Part shown: positions 38,030-49,822 of the stretch, one piece after another
Numbering within the stretch: position 1 is the stretch's first letter
Layout: each line of letters opens with the position of its first letter
From: Ascidiella aspersa
Taxonomy: Eukaryota
Direction: 5' to 3'
DNA: 64,000 nucleotides
NCBI GenBank assembly: GCA_963924565.1
Contig: OZ004610.1
Span: forward strand, 4,216,001 to 4,280,000
Made by a program: the position numbers and the translations under genes
Notes under the pieces: generated by a model
What the model was told of the DNA's origin: nothing
What the model saw: only the letters and a program-made list of their open reading frames with translations
Databases searched by the model: none

Positions 38030-39433
38030 ACCAAAAGCTAGCCAACACACTAGCTAAACGAAGAAATTTCAAAGGCAAAAAAAACATATTTAGCCTCATT
38101 TTTTTAGAAAAAAAATTTTACCACAACAATAAGAATGATCTATATTTACAAAATAAAAATTAAAAAATTAAAAATTAAAAAAAATATTAATATTCAAAAT
38201 TAATATTCGCAACAATTTTTAATAAAAAATAATTTACGCAACTAGAGACCAACAAAATCGCATAGCGCTTGATAATACCTTTCCAACGATGCCACACATG
38301 ACTCGGTAAAAGTTGAGGCCATACGCTTTTATCGTCGATAACCGATCCTAAAATTCATAAGCGATCGCGGTAATTTTTAAACGCCCGTCACTTGCCCAAT
38401 TTAAAGTGCAAGTGAACGAAATTTTATCAAGACATTTCTACAAACCTTATAATGCCATAGAAAGAAAAAATAGTAAAAAATTTTAATGTTGAAAATATTT
38501 CAAATTTAGCATTTGTTATGCGTAATATCGAGTTTTTTCATCCCACCAACATCCGACCAAAAAAGACCCAAAAATCAATTTACGCAACTAGAGACCAACA
38601 AAATCGCATAGCGCTTGATAATACCTTTCCAACGATGCCACACATGACTCGGTAAAAGTTGAGGCCATACGCTTTTATCGTCGATAACCGATCCTAAAAT
38701 TCATAAGCGATCGCGGTAATTTTTAAACGCCCGTCACTTGCCCAATTTAAAGTGCAAGTGAACGAAATTTTATCAAGACATTTCTACAAACCTTATAATG
38801 CCATAGAAAGAAAAAATAGTAAAAAATTTCAATGTTGAAAATATTTCAAATTTAGCATTTGTTATGCGTAATATCGAGTTTTTCATCCCACCAACATCCG
38901 ACCAAAAAAGACCCAAAAATCAATTTACGCAACTAGAGACCAACAAAATCGCATAGCGCTTGATAATACCTTTCCAACGATGCCACACGTGACTCGGTAA
39001 AAGTTGAGGCCATACGCTTTTATCGTCGATAACCGATCCTAAAATTCATAAGCGATCGCGGTAATTTTTAAACGCCCGTCACTTGCCCAATTTAAAGTGC
39101 AAGTGAACGAAATTTTATCAAGACATTTCTACAAACCTTATAATGCCATAGAAAGAAAAAATAGTAAAAAATTTCAATGTTGAAAATATTTCAAATTTAG
39201 CATTTGTTATGCGTAATATCGAGTTTTTTCATCCCACCAACATCCGACCAAAAAAGACCCAAAAATCAATTTACGCAACTAGAGACCAACAAAATCGCAT
39301 AGCGCTTGATAATACCTTTCCAACGATGCCACACATGACTCGGTAAAAGTTGAGGCCATACGCTTTTATCGTCGATAACCGATCCTAAAATTCATAAGCT
39401 ATCGCGGTAATTTTTAAACGCCCGTCACTTGCC
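38030..39433 (+). repeat. Left TIR arm: ~200-bp AT-rich outer domain plus ~3.5 copies of a 346-bp unit
   Basis: aatttacgcaactagagacc at 38231, 38577, 38922, 39268. Confidence 0.96.
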
Positions 39434-40162
39434 TATTGTTCGAAATGATTTCAATAATCTCATATAGTTTTAAGAAAAAATGCCTTTGTTCTAACAACGT
39501 CCTCGCATTCATTGTCATTCTTTACGCTTTTAAAAGTCTTTGCGCCGGCTATTGTTCCCGGGGTAAAGGGCTGTTATCTTTTCGCACCAATTTCTAGAAC
39601 CAAACATGTAAAGCGAGAAAAGATTCTAGGAATGTTCTCTTTAAAAACTAGGTTTTGCTGTTGATAATTCAAATAGCGAAAAAGTTGTGAACATTTGCTT
39701 GTAAAACGAAATCGATATATTCAGGGGTTGTACTAGCGTGAAATAGTATTTTGATGTATACCGTTATTTTAATCCTTAGTTTTCCAGGTTGAGTATGCGC
39801 CATATCGCAATTTTCTTTAATAGGAGCTTCTTACTCAATACAGAAGACAGTTTACTTAAACTAAAAAAGTCAGTTGCACATTGTAATTTAAGCATGATTT
39901 TTGTAATTGTTTGAAATTAGAAATAGTACATACTAGAATGATGAAATAAAATTTAAAATCATAAAAAATATTTAAAAGTTAGATTAGAATGAATTTCCTG
40001 GGTTTAAATGTATATTAAGTCTAAAATGTGAATTGCCAGTTCAAAATATGTTTTACCTTAGGTAAGATTTTGGGTCAAGATGTCGTATTCCTATTTTTAA
40101 GACCAGATCCAAAAATATGTTTAATATTTCTGGTATTTTAGAGTTTTAACTTGGTTCAGCCT

Positions 40163-40215
40163 AGTTGTTTACCCAAAGTTGTTTACCCAAAGTTGTTTAC
40201 TCCGAAGTTGTTTAC
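40163..40215 (+). promoter_or_regulatory. Four tandem AGTTGTTTAC motifs (Forkhead-type TGTTTAC) upstream of the cargo gene
   Basis: Copies at 40163, 40177, 40191, 40206; function is inferred only. Confidence 0.4.
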
Positions 40216-40428
40216 CAGTTTTTAATTTGTTTGTTAGCATGGTCGGTATCAGCGACTGATCGGCCCGCTCGGGCTCAAGCGCCTGTAATCAATGGCTCAA
40301 GCAATCAACGAGACGCCTTCCATATAACGCGTGTGTAAGTACGTTTCTAATTCTAGTCTTTACGACATTCTCTACAGTGCAAATATACTGTCAAAATATT
40401 CAAAGATCATTACTCTTACTAATCAAGA

Positions 40429-43400
40429 ATGTATATTCAAACCGACGAAAGTACTTTCCGCTGGAGCAAGGTAAGAGTAAAATGAAATTTGTATTATTAT
40501 TTTCTTAAAGTAATTTACATTTTAAAAGTAGCTTACATCCTGTTATTTATCACAGGTTAGAGCCTTAGTTAAAGGTATTCGGCCTCCAGTGAAGTCCTAT
40601 GGCAGAGGAATTTGCGGGAAGCAAGTGAGCTGGAAGGTTCCTTTACCGAGCTCCCGCAAACGGCTCCTCTATGTTTCCGACAGCAATGCTCGGAACTTGG
40701 TTGAGCCCTGCCTCGTAAGGCCATCGTCCAACTTTGCGTTCGACGTTTGTGGCCTCAGTATTCCCGGGGGTACCACCAGGCATGGTATTACCGAGCTGTC
40801 AAACAGCCGAATACTGGATGGAGTTGCTGCCGTCGTTATTGGCCTTGGCACTAACGACGTGGTCAACAGCAGCCCGGAGGAAGCATCAGCCTATCCTTCG
40901 AGGTATTGTTTGATAATGTTTTATAAGTTTACCCTATAGACTTATTTCTTTTTACTATATTTCCTTTTAGACTTATTTCTGAGATCTTGGAGGATACGAG
41001 AGCGCTGATCCGCCTCACTAAAGTGTTGTATCCAGGAGCGAAGGTTGTTACACGTTTCTTAATGTGTAGTTTTAGTGTGTAGACAGTTTTTCATATACAA
41101 CTAATCATTGTAATTTGTTGCACTTAGATCTTCCACACCGGAGTGCTGCCCCAGTTGACGCCCCAGGGCTGCATGGTGCAGCAGCTGAACAGCGCGATGA
41201 GGATCGGCGTCGAGGAAGAAGGGGCGGAGTTCCTCGGCCTGGACGTCCCCTTCGCAAATGGGAAGTGGTCCGACAAACTCCATATTTCCTTGAGTGCTCT
41301 CCGTGTTTATTTTTTACAGATTGAAGAGAGAGTCACCAGGATCTTGGCCGAGGAGGAGAAGAGAGCTGTCCCGATCCCCCTGATGCGGGCCCTCAGCAAC
41401 TTTCCGACTCTTCCCACAACGGAGGCCCCGATTCCCCTGATGCGGACCCTCAGCAACTTCCCAGCTCTTCCCACAACGGAGGTGAGAGTATTTGCTTGTA
41501 TATGTGGTTTTTAACACAATTTTATTTTTTACGTTTTGTGTGTGAAAGCGATTATAGTACATTATAAACTTAAATATCCCTATTTCAGGTGTGTCACAAG
41601 ACGACCATGGAGGTAGATGTCGTGCGCACCACACAAAGTGCTGTTTCGCCTGTGGTAAGTGAAGCAAATATATTTTACCTATCTTTTTTGCAAATATTTG
41701 ATGATAATTTTCGTATTTGCAGATCTTTCCGAAGGCATTTAGAGGAAGCACCCCTGTTTCGTCGATGCTGGAATTTGGTTTTTCCGCAAATGAGGTAGGT
41801 CTTAAGATAACAAATTAATTCAACTTTATGCTATTCAAAATTATATTTCTTAAAGGGGAAGAGCGGGGAGTGGAAAATCATGGCAACGAGAAAGCCAGTG
41901 GCATCGATCGTCGGGGCCAAGAAGGACCTCCAGCCTGCAGTAAGCGATTTTGTAAAATCTTTATCATTTATCAATACTTAGTTAAGTTGGACCTTCAAAC
42001 GGAATTTTTTTGTAGACGACCGTTGGAGCACGGGTGTCGGCTCCATCGAGCAGTTGGCTCAAAAAGGTCGTCCCTAAGCCTGCGGTAAGTGATGCTGTAA
42101 AGGTTTTTTCAATACTTGTTTGAGTTGGACTTTTAAACAAAATTTACTTGTAGAGTGATGAAGATGAGTGGACTATCGTAGGATCACGAAAGTTCACTCG
42201 ATCGAGCAGCAGGATTAAAAAGGTGGACCCCAAGCCTGTGGTAAGTATTGTTGCAAAACTCTTTCAATACTTGCTAGATTTGATGCTCTAACGCAGTTTA
42301 TTTAAAGACGACTGTTGGAAAACTTCCTTCGTTTCCATTGAGCAGCGGGCTCAAAAAGGTGGATCCCAAGCCTGCAGTAAGTATTGTTGCAAAACTCTTT
42401 CAATACTCGCTAGATTTGATGCTCTAACGCAGTTTATTTACAGACGTCCGTTGGAAAACTTCCTTCGTTTCCATCGAGCAGCGGGCTCAAAAAGGTGGAT
42501 CCCAAGCCTGCGGTAAGTATTGTTGCAAAACTCTTTCAATACTCGCTAGATTTGATGCTCTAACGCAGTTTATTTACAGACGACCGTTGGAAAACTTCCT
42601 TCGTTTCCATCGAGCAGCGGGCTCAAAAAGGTGGATCCCAAGCCTGCGGTAAGTATTGTTGCAAAACTCTTTCAACACTCGCTAGATTTGATGCTCTAAC
42701 GCAGTTTATTTACAGACGACCGTTGGAAAACTTCCTTCGTTTCCATCGAGCAGCGGGCTCAAAAAGTTGGATCCCAAGCCTGCGGTAAGTATTGTTGCAA
42801 AACTCTTTCAATACTCGCTAGATTTGATGCTCTAACGCAGTTTATTTACAGACGACCGTTGGAAAACTTCCTTCGTTTCCATCGAGCAGCGGGCTCAAAA
42901 AGGTGGATCCCAAGCCTGCGGTAAGTATTGTTGCAAAACTCTTTCAACACTCGCTAGATTTGATGCTCTAACGCAGTTTATTTACAGACGACCGTTGGAA
43001 AACTTCCTTCGTTTCCATCGAGCAGCGGGCTCAAAAAGGTGGATCCCAAGCCTGCGGTAAGTATTGTTGCAAAACTCTTTCAATACTCGCTAGATTTGAT
43101 GCTCTAACGCAGTTTATTTACAGACGACCGTTGGAAAACTTCCTTCGTTTCCATCGAGCAGCGGGCTCAAAAAGGTGGATCCCAAGCCTGCGGTAAGTAT
43201 TGTTGCAAAACTCTTTCAATACTCGCTAGATTTGATGCTCTAACGCAGTTTATTTACAGACGATCGTTGGAGCACGGGCATCTACTCCTTCAACCAGCGG
43301 GCAAGCGAAAGAGGTATTAACCCCAGCGGTAAGTGTATATTTTTGCGAAACGTTTAGTGGTCAAAACAATTTGTGGTCGATCATCTAACTATATTTTCTT

Positions 43401-44378
43401 GTAGAAGACCGTAGGAGCACGGACATCTGCTTCTTCAACCAGCGGGCCAAAGAAAGTAGTATCCAATCCTGTGGTAAGTGTTGTTGAAAATAACATCCAC
43501 ATTGTGACCTTGGTTTTATCAACGTATTTATTTTTTTGCAGCCAAAGCAACGAATTTATGGTGGGGCACGTATGGTAGAAAAGTCGGATGATAAAATTAA
43601 ATTAATAAAAAGCGCAATTGATACGTTTGATTTTGACCGTTCGTGCAGTGCTAGTTGGATAACTTTGGTAGGCAAATTAAAAAAACGAAAAATGGCGAAA
43701 AAAGAGATTAGGTGCGAAGTTCGTAGTCTACAAAATTTTTTTGCGCAGCATGCTGACGAGTTTAGTGAAAATCAAGGTAATGAGAGTTTGTCAGTTCAGT
43801 GTGATAAAAATAGTGGCGCTGTGTTTTGTGCAGACAGTTGCGGTAGTAGCAATGGTGCTTTGTTGAATGTTGAGGATGTGTCTCGTATGGATATTGTAAA
43901 AAACGTGGTGAAAAGTAAGAGTCTTGACGTTAAGCAGAATGATAAAATAAAATTGATAAAGAGCGCAATTGAATCTTTTAATTTTGATCGTTCGTGCGGT
44001 GCTAGCTGGAAAATTTTAGTTGGCAAATTGAAAAAACGAAAAATGTCGAAGAAGGAGATTAGGGATGAAGTTCGTGGTCTACAGAATTTTTTTGCGCAAC
44101 ATGCTAACGAGTTTAGTGGAATTCGTGATTTGTCAGTTGAATGTGATAAAACTAGTGGCGATGTGTTTTGTGAAGACAGTTGCGGTAGTAGCAGTGGTGC
44201 TTCGGTTGTTGAAATTAGTGAAGATGAGTTTTGTAGTGAACCATTGTTGTGTGAGAGTCCAGTTGATCAATTGTCGTCGTTTGACGAAAATGAACCAGCT
44301 TTGTCTAACAGCATTAGTTGCGAGTTTTGGACTCCTGACACTAAAATATCGCTATTTTTTCTTTCTATGGCATTATAA
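40429..44378 (+). CDS. Transposon-borne SGNH/GDSL hydrolase-domain protein with 23-aa repeats and a duplicated C-terminal domain, ~883 aa, 19 coding exons
   Basis: Exons 40429-40470, 40556-40902, 40971-41043, 41128-41481, 41589-41654, 41723-41794, 41856-41939, 42016-42084, 42154-42240, seven 69-nt exons starting 42308/42444/42580/42716/42852/42988/43124, then 43260-43328, 43405-43473, 43542-44378. All are GT-AG and join without a stop. SGNH blocks: YVSDSNAR, IPGGTT, GLGTND, DKLH. The start codon is uncertain. Confidence 0.82.
42241..43260 (+). repeat. 136-bp tandem repeat (69-nt exon plus 67-nt intron), ~7.5 copies
   Basis: tttacag|ACGACCGTTGGAAAACTT...CCTGCG|gtaagt at exact 136-bp spacing. 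Confidence 0.97.
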
Positions 44379-46525
44379 GGTTTGTAGAAATGTCTTGATA
44401 AAATTTCGTTCACTTGCACTTTAAATTGGGCAAGTGACGGGCGTTTAAAAATTACCGCGATCGCTTATGAATTTTAGGATCGGTTATCGACGATAAAAGC
44501 GTATGGCCTCAACTTTTACCGAGTCATGTGTGGCATCGTTGGAAAGGTATTATCAAGCGCTATGCGATTTTGTTGGTCTCTAGTTGCGTAAATTGATTTT
44601 TGGGTCTTTTTTGGTCGGATGTTGGTGGGATGAAAAAACTCGATATTACGCATAACAAATGCTAAATTTGAAATATTTTCAACATTAAAATTTTTTACTA
44701 TTTTTTCTTTCTATGGCATTATAAGGTTTGTAGAAATGTCTTGATAAAATTTCGTTCACTTGCACTTTAAATTGGGCAAGTGACGGGCGTTTAAAAATTA
44801 CCGCGATCGCTTATGAATTTTAGGATCGGTTATCGACGATAAAAGCGTATGGCCTCAACTTTTACCGAGTCATGTGTGGCATCGTTGGAAAGGTATTATC
44901 AAGCGCTATGCGATTTTGTTGGTCTCTAGTTGCGTAAATTGATTTTTGGGTCTTTTTTGGTCGGATGTTGGTGGGATGAAAAAACTCGATATTACGCATA
45001 ACAAATGCTAAATTTGAAATATTTTCAACATTAAAATTTTTTACTATTTTTTCTTTCTATGGCATTATAAGGTTTGTAGAAATGTCTTGATAAAATTTCG
45101 TTCACTTGCACTTTAAATTGGGCAAGTGACGGGCGTTTAAAAATTACCGCGATCGCTTATGAATTTTAGGATCGGTTATCGACGATAAAAGCGTATGGCC
45201 TCAACTTTTACCGAGTCATGTGTGGCATCGTTGGAAAGGTATTATCAAGCGCTATGCGATTTTGTTGGTCTCTAGTTGCGTAAATTGATTTTTGGGTCTT
45301 TTTTGGTCGGATGTTGGTGGGATGAAAAAACTCGATATTACGCATAACAAATGCTAAATTTGAAATATTTTCAACATTAAAATTTTTTACTATTTTTTCT
45401 TTCTATGGCATTATAAGGTTTGTAGAAATGTCTTGATAAAATTTCGTTCACTTGCACTTTAAATTGGGCAAGTGACGGGCGTTTAAAAATTACCGCGATC
45501 GCTTATGAATTTTAGGATCGGTTATCGACGATAAAAGCGTATGGCCTCAACTTTTACCGAGTCATGTGTGGCATCGTTGGAAAGGTATTATCAAGCGCTA
45601 TGCGATTTTGTTGGTCTCTAGTTGCGTAAATTGATTTTTGGGTCTTTTTTGGTCGGATGTTGGTGGGATGAAAAAACTCGATATTACGCATAACAAATGC
45701 TAAATTTGAAATATTTTCAACATTGAAATTTTTTACTATTTTTTCTTTCTATGGCATTATAAGGTTTGTAGAAATGTCTTGATAAAATTTCGTTCACTTG
45801 CACTTTAAATTGGGCAAGTGACGGGCGTTTAAAAATTACCGCGATCGCTTATGAATTTTAGGATCGGTTATCGACGATAAAAGCGTATGGCCTCAACTTT
45901 TACCGAGTCATGTGTGGCATCGTTGGAAAGGTATTATCAAGCGCTATGCGATTTTGTTGGTCTCTAGTTGCGTAAATTGATTTTTGGGTCTTTTTTGGTC
46001 GGATGTTGGTGGGATGAAAAAACTCGATATTACGCATAACAAATGCTAAATTTGAAATATTTTCAACATTAAAATTTTTTACTATTTTTTCTTTCTATGG
46101 CATTATAAGGTTTGTAGAAATGTCTTGATAAAATTTCGTTCACTTGCACTTTAAATTGGGCAAGTGACGGGCGTTTAAAAATTACCGCGATCGCTTATGA
46201 ATTTTAGGATCGGTTATCGACGATAAAAGCGTATGGCCTCAACTTTTACCGAGTCATGTGTGGCATCGTTGGAAAGGTATTATCAAGCGCTATGCGATTT
46301 TGTTGGTCTCTAGTTGCGTAAATTATTTTTTATTAAAAATTGTTGCGAATATTAATTTTGAATATTAATATTTTTTTTAATTTTTAATTTTTTAATTTTT
46401 ATTTTGTAAATATAGATCATTCTTATTGTTGTGGTAAAATTTTTTTTCTAAAAAAATGAGGCTAAATATGTTTTTTTTGCCTTTGAAATTTCTTCGTTTA
46501 GCTAGTGTGTTGGCTAGCTTTTGGT
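44352..46525 (-). repeat. Right TIR arm: ~5.7 inverted copies of the 346-bp unit plus the outer domain
   Basis: Reverse complement of the left arm with about two extra units. Confidence 0.96.
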
Positions 46526-47915
46526 GAAATCAAGTTGCCTTAACACAGTGGTTATCAAACTGTTTTTCTTTGGAACAAGTCAACGCCTTTGGAATAACAA
46601 TCTGTTGGATTTGATTGTCACCAACAATGGTCTTTTTGTGCAAACAAAGCCCATTTTACAACAAAGCCCATTTTATTTATTGTTTTTAAAAATTATAATC
46701 AACTGCTGCAGATTTTTGGAGCAATAATTTCAAATACAGATATCATGGAATAATAATATCTGCAAGGATTTTATTACCACAATAGAGTTTAAAACGAATT
46801 AATTGTGTGACGCCCTGTGTAAGTTCACTGTAGTGAGCCCTTTTTTAGCATTATATCCTGTTTGTCTTGTGCATTGTCTGTACTGAAGTTAACATTAATA
46901 TTTTAATGTGTCGCAACACGTCAGCACATCAAATTAATTCTTTGTTTTATCGCCTTAATGTTGCGTCATGAAAGTTTTTGTTTAAATTCGATTGCCGATA
47001 TCTCTTGCTAGAGTTTGCAACGAATGCCTTGTTACACCAATTTTTATGCGTCAGAGCTGTATGTGATGTTACGTATATCCGTTTAATGTGAGCGCTTTGT
47101 TTTGAAATTCGCCTTATTGTCAACAATCCATTATTTTTAGATCGAAGCGCTTTTGTTCAAGCCATATTTGGACAAAAATATTATTTCCGTCTATAAGAGT
47201 CGAGAGAAAAAGGTTTAGACCACGCCTTGTTATCACGTGATATTTTGTTAAGTATTATAAGAATTAATGACGTAAATCTTTCTTTATCGCAGAAATTTTC
47301 TTAACTGATTCTCGTCTATAAATAGCGTGTTCAATCAATATAAACAAGAAGAGAGAGAGGGAGAGAGAGATGAGGTTTTTATAGCTTCTACTCAGACAGC
47401 AAACTTGAGTGCTTTTGTGACTGAACCAGAAGAGAGGCTTTTTCAGCTTTGACTGAAGACAGCAAAATTGACTGTTCATGTATCTGAACTAAAAGAAAGA
47501 ATTGGACCTGTCTGGCCTCACGAAGACAGGCCATCTCAAATCTTGTAGGAGTGTGGTCGATTCATCTTGGCAATTATATAAATGAAGACTCATTAATCTG
47601 CCATACCCCCACAAATGTAATTCTTAGAACAGAAATTTAACTCTCTATTATAAGCTCTATGGCCTCTATAATTCCCTTTTGTACCTCTTTGCAATATATA
47701 TCATGACAGACAACCAGAAGAGATTAATATTGTGACACAAATTTCTCCATACGAGTTACAAAATCCCCCCTCCCCCCTTTATATTTTATATCAGTTTACA
47801 GTAAACTTGCTTTATTTCAAACCAAGGCCAGTTTTCAAAAATTGCTTTTGGCTAACTAATATTGGAGATGGAACAAAATGTAATTTCGTAGCTTTATCCC
47901 CTCAAATTGAAAAAT

Positions 47916-48066
47916 GGCTCCGGCTCCGGCTCCAGCTCCACATAAAATAATAAAACTGGCTCCGGCTCCGGCTCCAGCTCCACAAAAATAATAAAAATGG
48001 CTCCAGCTCCAGCTCCGGCTCCAGAGAAAATGCTTAGCTCCGGGCTCCAGCTCCGGCTCCGGCTCC
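47916..48066. repeat. hAT right subterminal GGCTCC/AGCTCC repeats
   Basis: Repeated ggctccggctccagctcc blocks abutting the TIR. Confidence 0.9.
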
Positions 48067-49822
48067 CCAGCCCTGATTTTAAGGTGTGTTTATATTTATA
48101 TAAATCCATAATCTTTTGCTTACTTTTTGTAGTGGAATTTGACAAACAAAAAGAAATACCAGAAGATGAAAATAATGGTCAGTAGAAATATAAAATTTAA
48201 GTTTTTACAATTTTTTTTAACCATGATAGGTTGACTTTTTTAAGAATTGGGTACCATAAAATAAGATGTATGATAATGAAGGATTGGAACCAATATTCTA
48301 TGCCAAATCATAGTAGTATTGGTGGTACTTGTCCGATACCAAATTAAAATAGGCATTTAGCGATGCCCCTATGCAGCCATTTAACTTGAATAACTTTGAC
48401 AGTAAAAAAAACTATTTTTAATTGTGTTGACCATCGGCATTTGCACTCTTATCTTTTATTTTTTCATAACATGGCCAGTGATCATTATTTTTTTTAAGTC
48501 TCTACTTGTAAATTTATTTCATAAAAATATGTAAATTTATTTCATAAAAATATGTGGAAACCCCAGAGTAATAATTCAATTTGTAACCAGATCTTAGACC
48601 GCTGTACCTTTTATCCAAAATTTATGCATTGGTATGGCATTGAAATAACACGAATACAACAGATCTGTCTGCTAGAAGTGTTTCTATATCCAAAAACTGT
48701 GTGCCAATTTGGCCTTTCACTCCTGCATCAATTTTTCCATGTTGGTTTTCTTGATATTTAAATTAGGTTGAATGTTTTTGCACTCTGGATTAAAAATTTT
48801 TCATGTTATTTTCTAATGTTAAATTGCTAATTTAGAGTTATTTTAAATCAGAAATGGATGATAGTTGTGCGTCACAACAAAAGGCAACTACTCAAGAGGA
48901 AAGACTAAATGGTAAATTTATTGTTTGTATAACACTTTTAAGGAAAATGTAATTTTTTATACAGCTTAGTGCAGTGGTTACAAACCTTTTTCTCCTGTGC
49001 ACCATTTTAGTCGATATTCAAATATAATTCCCCCTTACAAATTAAGTTTGCTAAAATATTGTTTACATTAATATTTTAATGTAATTCTTACAACAGAAAT
49101 TAAACTCTTGATTATATCTCTAGATATGATGTCACAAATCATCAAGTGACCTAGACTTGCAAATTAATAATTCGTAAACAAGTGCAAAGCTTTATCTTTT
49201 TTCTTTTCTCGAAATTTCTTTGAGTATCCACTTTAAATCAATTATACAAGAACTTTCATTTTTTTAGCTCATATATAGCGAATGCAGCAATAACACATAA
49301 CACAAATTCCCCCCTAGTGATTCAGTCCATTGTTGCAAATTGCAGTTATATATTAAGCTGTAAGTGCTTAGATACACACCTTAAAATGTAATTCTGTTAT
49401 TATTTCCTTGACAAAAACATAGAAATTGGGAAGAATTACTAAGCGCGTCCATGCCACCCAACAACTTAAGAAATGGTCTCCTTTTAAATTTCTGTAAACT
49501 TATATTCTTTTATGGGATGAACCCTTTTCAAGTTGTCATTCTAGAAAAAAATATACGTTGGGTAACTGTTTTCTCCTTTTACAGTCAAAATTGATCTTCT
49601 TCTGGAAATGCAAAAAGAACTGGACAAGCAAGTTAGAAGAGCTTTAGTAAATATTTTCAAAACAGACCAACCTCTAGAATTTGATTTACTTGAAGAGCCG
49701 ATGGATAGCATGTCACAATTGAATCAATTAGAAGAAAGTATAAAAGAAAACAAAACTCTTCGTCAAAACATGGTGAGCACAGGGTGTTATCAGCAGTTTA
49801 AAAATTATGATACTATATAAAT

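Larger units (their letters stand above)
38030..46525 (+). mobile_element. Foldback-like (possibly Mutator-superfamily) element, 8496 bp, with long modular TIRs and a cargo gene
   Basis: Perfect 9-bp TSD GAAATCAAG (38021-38029 and 46526-46534); ends ACCAAAAGCTAGCC / GGCTAGCTTTTGGT; about 1.4 kb of nearly perfect inverted match. Confidence 0.92.
35402..48075 (-). mobile_element. hAT DNA transposon (about 4.2 kb without its nested insert)
   Basis: 15-bp TIR CAGGGCTGGGGAGCC / GGCTCCCCAGCCCTG; perfect 8-bp TSD ATTTTAAG (35394-35401 and 48076-48083); subterminal GGCTCC/AGCTCC repeats. Confidence 0.97.

Noticed and set aside
40239-40428. Additional upstream coding exons for the SGNH gene
   Set aside because: The frame joining the SGNH exon has an in-frame TAA before ATG 40429, and the other open frame stops in the next exon; treated as 5' UTR.
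42241-43260. Possible CRISPR array or plain satellite
   Set aside because: No variable spacers; each unit is an in-frame exon plus intron.
48972-49320. Complete hAT MITE (also the CAGTGGTT end at ~46546)
   Set aside because: Only a left-end-like sequence is visible; no partner TIR or TSD.
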